Part shown: in pieces, positions 1 through 10,998 of the stretch | Layout: each line of letters begins with the position of its first letter | How positions within the stretch are numbered: the stretch's first letter is position 1 | Source of the DNA: Dicyema japonicum | Taxonomy: Eukaryota > Animalia > Dicyemida | Reading direction: 5' to 3' | NCBI GenBank assembly: GCA_011109175.1 | Contig: RDEW01000047.1 | Coordinates: forward strand, 144,324 to 208,323 | Length of the DNA: 64,000 nucleotides | Translations under genes and position numbers: made by a program | The notes under the pieces: generated by a model | Databases searched by the model: none | Seen by the model: the letters and a program-made list of their open reading frames with translations, nothing else | What the model was told of the DNA's origin: nothing

Positions 1-600
1 AGTAGTCTGGAATCATCGTAAACAAATTAGCACACAATTACGTGTGAGACTATATAATGCCTTCGTGAAACCAGTCCTAATGTACAACGCTGCAACCTGG
101 GGTGTCTCAGAAGCGGTAATGGACAAACTAGATGCCTTCCATCGTAAGCAACTCCGACTGTTGCTTGGCATCAACTGGCCGAAAAAAATTACAAACAAGA
201 ATCTATACAAAGTATGTAATACAAGACCATTGAGTCTGGATATCCTGGAATCAAGATGGCGTCTGTTCGGTCACATCCTTCGAATGAGCCAGATGACGCC
301 TGCTAAAATAGCAATGGATAACTATTTCTGCCCAAAAGTAAATACCTCGTTCCGTGGAAAACCTCGCATAATTTTGCCAGAGGTTCTACACAAAGACCTG
401 ACCAATGTAGGACGAAAGCTGAAAACTGGAGATGATCTGGATACGCTCGGAATAACTGCCTGTAACCGCGGAGCATGGAGGAAGTTGGTCAAGAGAATTG
501 TGGAAAAAAATAACCTGAAGAAAAATACGGCACAAGCGGAACCTTAATTAAATAAATTACATTTTTGGTTCTTCGAAAGTGCTATTAATAATAATAATAA
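1..600 (+). mobile_element. RTE-like LINE, 3' end (C-terminal part of RT ORF, 3' UTR, (TAA)n tail)
   Basis: ORF 44-547 (RLYNAFVKPVLMYNAATWG...RWRLFGHILRM...RGKPR...R.AWRKLV) is homologous to the end of ORF 6201-7226; (TAA)n tail at about 586-600. Confidence 0.85.
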
Positions 601-639
601 TTTTAAGATACGTTTCAAAATATCATGAGTCATAGCGTT

Positions 640-1510
640 GTAGTGATGTTGAAAAAAATTTGACGAGCTGCTAACTTTCTCGAAACACGTGGACAAACAA
701 TTCACTAAGGGCTCTCGTAAAATCAACATACTGAAAGGTGTTTCGGTCTATTTTTGGCTAAAGCTATAAGACTTAACCATCATAAATAGTTCATTCGAAC
801 CACAATTAAGCATGCAAGTCTTTTTTTGTAAACATCTGCTTTCCTCAATTATATCGACGAACTGCAAAAAGTCAAAACAACGCGCTCAAAACAATTACTG
901 GATGTCTTAAATCAACCCTCATTGATCATCTTCACTGGGAGCATAAAATCTTACCCATTCCAGATCATTTTGAAATGAGAACTCTGTAGTTCCTCTTCCA
1001 AAACCTACAAGTAGACCATACCTGTTACCCTCAAATCCCTAAGCAAAAAAAAATTTATTGACAAAATATGACCTGTCTTGTAATGCTATCCATCATCACT
1101 TTTATCCCAAGACTGGGGTCATTTGAAACAGATACATGATTTTGTTTCCACAGAGCCATCCGATGACTCGATTATAATAAAATATTGCACCGTCCCCCTC
1201 CTCTAATCAACCAATTAGAATCCTCTCTTCTGAGGATATCTGAATAAACCTTGCTCGTCTACGATGTGGAAACCACCTCCCTCTTTACAGACTTATGTAC
1301 GTAAACTAGATGATGTAAAAATGTCCACTGTTCCTTTGCTACTTTTATGGGTTGACAATCGCCTTTTGAATCCACTGAACTAGTACATTGTTCCTCTACC
1401 ATTACGAAGTTGACCGATCTATGGGAGTGACCTGCATTTGCTGCATCTACTTAATAGACACTGGTCTTCTACAGGTTAGTAAAGCCGGAGTTACTCAACT
1501 AACTAATTGG
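640..1510 (+). mobile_element. Degenerate I/Ingi-like LINE, 3' portion
   Basis: Broken frames read FSKHVDK...KINILKG, LARLRCGNH...CPL and DLWE. Positions about 1410-1510 match the reverse complement of 32690-32790 (ccgatctatgggag.gacc...gctgc...taatag...ctggcctcctaca.gttagt) and end in aactaactaa. Confidence 0.6.
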
Positions 1511-2264
1511 AAAGACGTTGAGGTAGTGAAGTTCCTCTTTTCCACGGAATATTCACGTCTTCCTTTTTGTGAGAATTGACGAAGTGACGACCTCAGATGA
1601 TATTTGAAACTATAAGTTTTGAGGCAAAAGAACTGGTGAATGCAATTAGGAATCGGATTTGATTCTCATCTGGCATAGAATCGTAAAAACTTGGAGGATC
1701 ATCCTTGAGCTAAAGGTGTCTTGATATCTATCGCAAAGTGAACAGTTACCTGTACCATGTTTAGTATTCAGAATTTAATGCGTAGATTAAAAGTCTTTGG
1801 CAAAAATGACTTAAGATTAGCATGCATTTTGTGAATGTAATTTAGTTTAATTGTCCTACCATTCCCTTTTTTGTTTAGCTTTTTTGTTTTTTCCTCCACA
1901 AGGGGGTTAACCAGAGGGAATTTCTTATAGAAGAAAGATAGCTATGGTCGTTTGTAGATTGAGATATCCAATAATTGAATTAATCATGGATTTTTAGTTT
2001 TTGTGTCTCAATGATAGATGCCGTTGGTTCAATTCTCCCACTGGCTATTGGGTTTAGGGGTTCTTCCAGATTACTTGTATCTAAGAAAGTTTGAGGAAGA
2101 CACCCGTTTTTCTAGAATAACTCTAAAATTTTGTATTTCCGAATCGCTAAGAAAATCGGCATCTCCAAGAAATCAAATAAATGAATTAAACTTAGCTACG
2201 ATCAATAAACTAAAAATGGAAAGTTAGTTTGTTAGAAAATTAGATGATTAGCATTAGTGGTAAG

Positions 2265-3061
2265 TTAGCTTTCGGGTTTAGAGCCTTCCTGGCTACTCTT
2301 TTTGATGAGGAAGCAAACCCCGATAATTCCCACAATCTAAGGTAAGCGAGAATCCGACCATGAAAACGGAAAGGGCGGATAAAACACCGATAATTACAGT
2401 TAGATTCTTTGCCAAGCATCTCGTCACTACAGCAGGACATCCCTAACAAATCAATTAGTCCAGCTGTTGTAACCTCATGAAAGCTCAATGATTGAGTGCA
2501 GTTGTTACTGTCAGCGCAACATGTAAATGGGAAGACTTTCAGTTTGGCGTAGTCGAGGGAGCCGTTATTCCCCCACAACAAGAAAACTGGGTTCAAATGG
2601 AAGCAAACCAGTTTTTGCACTGTATCGACAGGAGCCACGAAATAGTAGTAGTTTTTGACCATCTTGTTGATTGTTTGAGAAATGGAGTTTAGTATTTCTT
2701 TATTTTCGACGATGAGGAAGATGAGACAGATGCAGACGAAGGAAAAGGAAACGATCAGCATTATGAGAAACTAAATGTAACACAAAGTACAAAGTATTTT
2801 GGGCATTTTGATGAGCTACACAGGATTCTCAAACCAGATATGGCCGCGAATAGATTCACGACACCAATCAGAAAGACAATCGAAACGCCAAAGTAAAAAA
2901 TGTTAGCCTTTCCAGCCGCATTTATAATATGATGTAATTTTGTAATTACAAGTGAGCCAGAGAAAAAGGCAACAAACGAGATTCCCTGTAAAATACTCTC
3001 ACTTATCTACCAGGAAAATTAACGCGTTTATGCTGATGAAAAGTTTGAAAAATTGTTTCAT
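2265..3061 (-). CDS. Tetraspanin (4 TM, large extracellular loop with CCG motif); micro-introns and one apparent homopolymer frameshift
   Basis: Manual splicing gives MKQFFKLFISINALIFL|GISFVAFFSGSLVI...GVSIVFLIGVVNLFAAISG...KYF|FLIMLIVSFSFVCICLIFL...DTVQKL|FSCCG...DY...PFTCC...FHE|GCPAVV...NLTVIIGVLSALSVFM|IVGIIGVCFLIKK...KPES*. Five GT-AG introns of 20-31 nt. Confidence 0.85.
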
Positions 3062-4071
3062 GTTGAATGTTCGATATATTTGTAATTTTATTATTTAATT
3101 GGTTTGCCATTGAAAATATTACAATTATTACATAATATTAAATATTATTAAAATTATATTAAATTATGATAGAATTCAAATTTCTAGAAATATAAAGTTT
3201 AAAAATTATCTTACAAAAAATTCTCAAATCTAATTTAAAAAAACAGCACGTGCTATCAGTCACCACTTCATGAGATTTTTAGTAGCATAATATTAACATT
3301 TTCTCAAATTATTTTCATCATTAATTCCAAAACTGATTAATTTTGTCGAAAGTAAGATTTTCCACCATCAACGTCACTGGAGTACAACAGCTGTAGTCGA
3401 AAAACAGGTTATTTAATTGAGTAGCTGTTGTGAGCTTCTCAGATGTCCATTGAATTCATAACTCTTTCATAATTCCCTTATCGATTAAGATAATTCAATA
3501 ACAAGTCCATCCATTGAGGGTTTTTTTAATTAGTACTCAACTTAAGAGATTGTCTCCCAAATCAAAATCATAGAGAGTCTCCCATAATGAGCCCTCAAGT
3601 TTTACACACTAAATATTCCAAGTATATTCTGTTACGTTTCAAACAATAGAATTAGTTAGTTACCCTAGTCTCACTGACAAGTAGAAGGTTTGAGGCTTTC
3701 AGCCACAACTGAAAGGGTTCCTATAAATCCATCAAAGTTCGAGAAGTCCAAAATTTGAGAAAATATCTTTAAAGAGCGATAGATTGGTTTTTTCAAAGAA
3801 CGAATCTAAAATTGTTTGTACATTGAAAAGCCTTAGTGAATCAGGGAGAGAACTCAGTGTAGGTCCCTTTGTCAGTGGATGTCAAAAATATCATTATGAT
3901 CCAGCAGATGTAAGAGTGCGATCTGAATAGGTTTGTTGATGCTAAAGGATACGAGGATAGGAATCTGAGGGAGTCGACTGAGATTAATGAAATAGTCAGA
4001 GGAAGAACAAATAGTTCATCAAGAAAATTGTATACAGCCAATTTGAGGATGAACTGAGATCGGAAGGACTC

Positions 4072-7000
4072 TTTTTGGTGAGGTGGTGACGAGGCTCGTT
4101 ACTTAATTGGATAACAGTTGAGAAAAAAAGTCTAAAAAACACTCATTATACAACCGATAACTCAGGCTAATGACGTTCAACGTACGTGGAATATCGAAAG
4201 ATTGGACAAGGAAAGTACTTTGTGACGATCTCGAAAAATACAAAATATCTATTGGCTGCCTACAAGAGACAAAAATCGAAAATGGACGCGATGAGACATG
4301 GAACAACTACCGACTGATTCTCTTCCCAACTGAATGCAATGGGATTTGCCTTACACGTGATTACCTCAAAAAATTGCATCGATATTGGAGAGTCAACGAC
4401 CGAATATGTGTCCTACAAATCAAAGTAAATGAACTATGCCCGTCCAAGTCTATTAACTGTCATAAATGTCTATGCATCACACTGTGGACGAGTAATCAAG
4501 AACCCCGGTGAGCTCGAGGAATTCTACTCAGAACTATCAAGCACATACTCTAATAATGCTTTCCTTGTCTTTGTTGCGGGAGATATGAATGGAAAGGCCG
4601 GAATGCGAATGGGGCCCGAAGAATCCTCTATTGGAAGACACGTGCGCGGAAGGAGAAATGCATCTGGAGCCTCTCTGGTGAACTTCTGCGAGGCAAATAG
4701 CCTATTCCTATGCAACACGGCCTTCACGCACTCAGCTTGCCACAAGACGACGTGGCACGGACAAAGAAAAAACTCTGTCGGAAGACCGTGAATATATATA
4801 ATCAAATCGACTACATTATCTGCCGAAAGTCTGATAAACACTTGCTAAATGATGCACGTTCCTACCAGGGGACAACAACTGACAGCGACCACAGGATCGT
4901 CATTGCAAAACTTTGTGTAAAAAAGCAGCCTGGTGGCATAGTGGTTAGGTGTCGCGCTAAAGTGGCTTAGGTCACGGGTTCGATTCTCGCTGCTGTTCAC
5001 TTGAGGAAGGTTCCATCATCTACGACGAAAGTGACACGCATCAGTGGAGATTCACTGCTCAACTAGATAGTCAAAAGGACATACACACAAGAAAAAGAAA
5101 AAAAAAGAAGTGAAGAGCATCCTTGGTTTTCCCTTACGATTAGTTATAATAACTGTTCTTTACTTAATAAAGTGTGTGTTCTGCACGAGCGAAACCCTAG
5201 GATTTACGTGCTTATGGCAATGCGGTAGTGCTTAAAAAAGCACCTGACTGGGAAAAAATACATTGAAAACGCGAAGAAGGCGAGACAAAGGCCCAATATA
5301 TACTTTCAGACAGAAAAATTGTGGTTAGAGCCCACTTATAGAGCTAAATATCACGAACAAATCGAGACTCTTATGAAGAAAACCGAACCGGAATCATCAG
5401 GATCAAACAAAGCAGGTAATCTCCATGTCGGCCAATACATGCCTTGGAGTCCAAAATCATCACGCTTAAAATTGGATCACCACCCGAACGTGCTAGATAT
5501 GGCAAAGCATTGCAGAGAGCTACGGCTAAAAGCGGCATCAGACGAGAATATAAAAAAGAGCTTAATATCCAACAAAGGAAACTAAAGTGGAAAATCAAAC
5601 AGATGAATAAAAAACACTCGCGGGAAATTATTACATCCCTATTAAAAGAAGTGGAATGCCTAAAGGACAATTTAAGGATGTTTGCGGTTTTGCGGACTAA
5701 GAAAAGACGAAACACCCTTCACATCAAGGACAAAGATGGAAAATTCGTGGGTAGCCCGAAAGAAAAGGCAGAATTGATTGCACGACACTTCGAAACAATG
5801 TTGAATACAGAAAATAAGACTTTCCCCTTTCCAGGAGAACAAAAGGCACAAAAATCCAGTCACAGTAGAAAGGTGGAATTAGCGATAAATAAACTGAAGA
5901 ACAACAAAAGTGCGGGCCAAAAAAACTTAGCGACAGAATTGCAAAAACCCTAAATAACATCTTTGAAACTAATACCGAACTAGGACTTGGAAATGGATTA
6001 TTAATACCCATACAAAAACCGAACAAAGCAAAAGGACCAGTATAAAATCTCTGCCCGATAATACTTCTGAATTCGATACGCAAGGTGCTGTCAAACATTG
6101 CACTAAGCCGGATAAAGGGTGTGGCGGATCTATACCTACCAGCAAGTCACAGTTGGTTCCGAGTAGGGAGGTATACGGCAAACATTGTATGGAGCCATAG
6201 ATGGCGGTGCGCAACGCACTAAAGATTCAAGAGCGCAACGACCGTTTGGGAATAGATCTCTCCAGAGCTTTTGACTCAATAAACAGACAGAAACTGATGA
6301 ATGTGCTTGAGCAAATATTGGATGAATCGTCGGTTAGGATAATCAGACTACTACTTGCGAACACAAGACAATCTGTGAGGACAGAAGGAGCAACTTCCCG
6401 CAGTTTCAAAACAACGATTGGGACACCCCAGGGTGATTCCCTCTTCCCTTTACTATTCACCATATACCTTGAATCTGCACTCCGCGACCTCCGTAAATGC
6501 TATATAGGAGACATAGAAGAGACATCTTATGCGGATGATGTGGATTTTGTATCACGGGATGTGACCGCACTCCAACACCTGCTAGAAAATGCACCTGCGG
6601 AGCTTGAGAAATGGTTTCTCAGCGTAAATGTTAACAAAACTGAAATTACGGAAATCAAAAGAGAAGACGATATTACTCATGAAAGATGGAGACGTACTAA
6701 TAAGCTCGGCTCTCTACTAGGAGACGCTGAAGATGTACTAAGGAGGAAAACACTGGCAAATGCGGCAATGGCTAAACTGAAGAAAGGATGGCTAAGGGCC
6801 AAAGGACTTGGAATTGACATCAGATGCAGGCTTTACAACGCGTTTGTGAAACCGATCCTACTGTACAACGCTGGGACATGGGGAAGTTCCTTCAACGAAC
6901 TATTGAAACTGGATTCGTTCCATAAAAGGCAACTAAGAAGCTTACTCGGAATGGAATGGCCACGTAGAATATCAACCACTGGTATCTACAACAAGTGGAT

Positions 7001-7347
7001 GTGTTCTTACATCAGCAAAAATGTGATAGATGCCCGGTGGAGGCTATTTGGGCATGTACTAAGAATGAACCCGGACGCACCCCCTAACAAAGCGATGGAA
7101 GATTACTTTAACAGTTGCGACAAACCCTTCTGTGGACGACCTAGATCGACACTTTTAACTGCCTTAAAAAAAGACCTAAATCGTGTGAGAAAAAATCTAA
7201 AGACGGGGACGACCTGGACGAATTGAGATCACTCGCATTCGACAGAGGAAAATGGAAAAGATTAACTATAAATATTGTTTCTTTGAGTGTTGCACATGCG
7301 GGGCTATAAATATTATGGCTTTCGTGAAAGTGCCATAATAATAATAA
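4072..7347 (+). mobile_element. Near full-length degenerate RTE-like LINE (APE endonuclease + RT), interrupted by a SINE
   Basis: APE motifs TFNVRG, GCLQETK, INVYA, AGDMNGK, NQIDYI, SDH; RT motifs DLSRAFDSI, GTPQGDSL.PLLF, YADD. Several stops and frameshifts; 3' hairpin plus (TAA)n tail at 7296-7347. Confidence 0.9.
4928..5232 (+). mobile_element. tRNA-derived SINE inserted in the RTE LINE (alternative 3' tail)
   Basis: A box tggcatagtgg and B box ggttcgattc; 10-bp TSD taaaaaagca (4918-4927, 5233-5242); body homologous to the copies at 20099 and 35890. Confidence 0.85.
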
Positions 7348-7599
7348 AAGTCCACCAAAAAAGAAACGTGTCAAACACTATTTAGCAAGTGATCCCAGCT
7401 TCCACTAACATCGACATTCTCATTACATGATCGGTTATTGATCCTACGGTCGCCTAGAAGTGTCACTGAAAGTTTATGTTAAGGAACTCGACTCGGAGGG
7501 ATTGAGTTCATGAGGGGATTTATTTTTTATAAAAACTCAAGAAACCATGAGCGTTTTTCCAGGCTGATTCCCATTTTCCCAAGCTGAGAACCTAAAATT

Positions 7600-7895
7600 T
7601 ATTTTAAGACTAATTTAGATTAAAAGTTAAGAAACTTGAATGGCCAGCTGTTTTTTCTGATGATAATTATCGAGATACGCTCTCGAAGCCATCCAGTCTC
7701 ACTTGGATCCTTGGTGCCCATTTGAATCATTGAGACGATCCGACGGACTAGATCTTCCGCTTGTGGGGAAGGATTCCTGAGCTCTACAGAAAATGGAACA
7801 AACATGTGATCTTCCGAAATGCTTCGGTACTTCCTTCTCTTATGATCCTCGACTTGCTTAGAAGCATGACCTGAGTCCGAGACTAAAGCGGCCAA
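7600..7895 (-). mobile_element. 3' fragment of a CRE-like REL retrotransposon
   Basis: KRRKY...FVPFSVE...KDPSETGWLRERISIIIIR.N resembles the CRE-type C-terminus; nucleotide homolog at 60420-60710. Confidence 0.7.
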
Positions 7896-7989
7896 ATTTT
7901 TCAGATAGTTTGTATAAACAGAGGTACTTTCCCATTTAAATAATTTTTTATTTTAATTTTAAATTATTTTTTATTAAAAATGATAAGGA

Positions 7990-8150
7990 CAAAACATTAG
8001 TTAGCTGCCGCACTCACTACGTGGCTGTTCCCTCTCAGAATTGCGAACGAAATTCGCTTAAACAGCCAGCGGCGTTCGCGGAAATCTCCAGTGCATGAGG
8101 TGATCCGGTTTCCAAGACGTCCGAAAGTCTCCATAGCAAGGGGATCAAAT
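7990..8150 (-). mobile_element. 3' terminal fragment of a CRE-like element
   Basis: Reads FGRLGNRITSCTGDFRERRWLFKRISFAILRGN; near-identical to 18308-18350 joined to 17960-18043. Confidence 0.75.
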
Positions 8151-8299
8151 TGGACAATAAAATAAATAAATTAACTAAATTGTAAATCTAGTAAATTTAA
8201 TATTTTAATTGAAACAAAAATAAATAATCGAATACAATTTCATAAAATTTTTTATCAATAATTTTTTTTTAATTTTCTCGAATACATTTTTATTCTTTT

Positions 8300-9650
8300 T
8301 GGTTGATTTTGTGACGTTGCTCTTAAACGCTATTTCTGGAAACTACGGAGTTCATGGACTAGACTTCTCCTTCTTGACCTCCAATTTCAGGGGCTCCGGA
8401 ACCAATTTAGACTGCCATCCGACATTTTTTATAAGAGAACGAGGAGCACTGCGATTTACTGCGAGGCAGGATGGAGGCTGTTTGGACATATAATTCGTCT
8501 AGATCTGAGGACCCCCGCCAACTTGGCCAAAGAGGATTGCTTTGTTCTGGAATCACCGCGTTTCTGTGGTCGACCCAAGGCAGGACCTCGACAGGCTGCG
8601 AGACATGGCAAAGAGTCGTCCGCGATGGAATAAGTTAACTGTAATTCGATTTTTTTAATAATTCCAATCCAAAGATATTTCCCCAAACATGTGGAAAACC
8701 TGGTTACAGCTGTGATGAAAAGGGTGATGATCCTAAGATCGTCTCAAAAGCTCTTGAGGGTAACGCTAAGTACCTCACCGTCATATACCGTCAATTGTCT
8801 GGTCAATGCAATTGCATAGTGGTCAATGTCCATTTCTCGTTCTTGACCACAATCCCGGAAGGAAGAGTTATCGACCCTAACTAATTACGAGTCTAATAAT
8901 GTTGAACCATTTCTACTTGAACGACTACGAAAATTTGTGAAAACCACCAGAAATAGGAGAAAACTTCGAGTCCGTTATAGATAGCTTTCAAAATGTCCGT
9001 TCCCGTCGGTTTCGACTTTTCCCTTGTCGTTATGGGATCACTTTGATGGGAAATTATTTATCTTGTAACCCAGCGGCCATGTGGCAATATCAATAATAAT
9101 CCAAGCTTACCCTTCAGAGGATAATTGGTTGGAAGGCTGAGGTGGACCAAGTATCGTAGTGGTTAGTGTTGTACTAGATAGAGTTTGATTCACACTGTTA
9201 CCTACTTGATCGAAGTATTTCTGCTGTTTGCCTTACTTAATTCCTGATAGTGTAATGGGATTCATCCATTCAGAGAAGTCCAGTGCCTGGTCGGCATCCA
9301 AAAAGGATCCTTTTTTCTCTACTACAGTGTAGGGTTTCCAGAATGGAAAATATGGATGTGCATGAACCTTAGATAGTATGCGTCCTACTACGACGGTATA
9401 TCCGGGGTTTGTAAAAAAAGTTGAGCTGCTGGTGTAACTCTGGTGTGTTGTGACATGATTCTAGTTCAGTGACTGTTCTCATCTCCCTAAGGTGGATATA
9501 GAGTCTTGTCCATTTCTTAATAAACTCAGAAGACATCGAAAACCCAAAGTTTAGAAGGAAAGCATCGGATGAACTGAGTTTGAACCTTGCCAAAATTGGA
9601 GGTACTCAGACAACCTGCCTTGAGAAAGAATTATTAGTTACTAATTCTCC
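8300..9650 (-). CDS. Possible orphan multi-exon gene (unassigned)
   Basis: Several open stretches on the minus strand (TNPGYTVVVGRILSKVHAHPYFPFWKPY..., VNQTLSSTTLTTTILGPPQ..., VDNSSFRDCGQEREMDIDHYAIALTRQLTVYD) separated by gtaag-type donors. No complete model built and no domain recognised. Confidence 0.3.
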
Positions 9651-10998
9651 ATTGTCTTCAATAATTTCTCTAGCGCTATCTTAAAACATATAAATTTTCA
9701 TGAAATTTATAAATTTTGATTTGAAATTTTAAGAGGGTGCTTTGATTTGTTACGGAAACATAATAAAGTGCAAAACTTTAAAACACTTAAGAAGTTTTGA
9801 AAAAAAGATGACTAAACCATTAAAAGCCCCAATTTTAACTCTCATTGATTCCAAGCTTTTCTAACGAGTTTAGAGTTAATTTTGAGGACTGGGTGTACCT
9901 TCACTGAGCTCAGGCGTGTGTAGAGCCTCAACATCTTCCATTATAGACAGCTTAGTGATTAAGATGCCATACTGTGGCAAAGTTCCCTCCACATTCTGGG
10001 TTCCTCTTCCATTCTGATGCTCCTTATCTTCGTTTGTTCTATTATTGGCATCATCATATAATCAATCTGACTCAGACAACGTATAAAATGATCGTTTTCT
10101 CTCCCAATCCATTCAAGGCACTGAACACCTTCAAGGATTGGATGCTCTCTTCATTTTCCATTGATGGACTTATTTGGAATATCTCAATTTCTACGTCCGA
10201 GGATAAACCTTAACTTCTCAAAACTGCGATTTTTATGGTAGCCTTTCACTATTGTTTATTTTATTTCAGCCCATCCGCTTAGGAATGTTTCCATTACTCA
10301 CTTCAGTTTAGTCAGAACTCACACTTTATTTGAGAAGTAAAGTACATTTATGCTGATTAATCCAGACATCAAAGTTGTTCTTAACTTTTCGTTCTTCTCT
10401 CTTTTGCGTGAGTCCTAGAGACAATCCGGTTCACAGTGATGAATCACTGATGACAGCGTCACTCGTCAATCAGCCTTTCAATAAATTAGAAATGATATTT
10501 TAAGTTAGTATTTTTCCATAAATGCTATAATCACGTCCAACTGAGTCCACGTAGATTTAAAAGGTCAAATGCTAGCTTTGATGTGGGTTAACTTTTAAAT
10601 CAAAAACAACCACCAAAGTGTTTCAATCAACACTCATTCTGACAGTAAGCCACAAATTGATAAAAAGTGAATTAACATAAATTCAAGAGCTTTCAGCCTT
10701 TTGGATAGAAATACAAATTTCAGTCATCGACTCATTTACTAGGAATCGTGTTTGATATTTTATTTATTACACCCGGTCCCTTCGAGTTAGAAACCGGTGG
10801 CTAACAAGGACGTCACAGCCAAAAATGGACACCCCAGACATCCGACAGGTATATTTGGTTCTGAGCAGAACTCGCGTGTTTGATTATATTCATACTTTAC
10901 GCCGCTAGCTCCGACATGAGAATGAGTATAAATAGAAAACTGTCGTGTTTAGGCTTTATTAAGATGTCTATTTGTATTTGAGTTTCTGGTGATTATAG

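Noticed and set aside
4928-5000. tRNA gene
   Set aside because: It has A/B boxes but no complete cloverleaf or acceptor stem, continues into a repeated body and is flanked by a TSD, so it is a SINE head.
9130-9210. tRNA/SINE-like head (gtagtggttagtg...gtttgattc)
   Set aside because: The B box is poor, and the segment lies within an open minus-strand frame (SSTTLTTTILG); probably coincidental.
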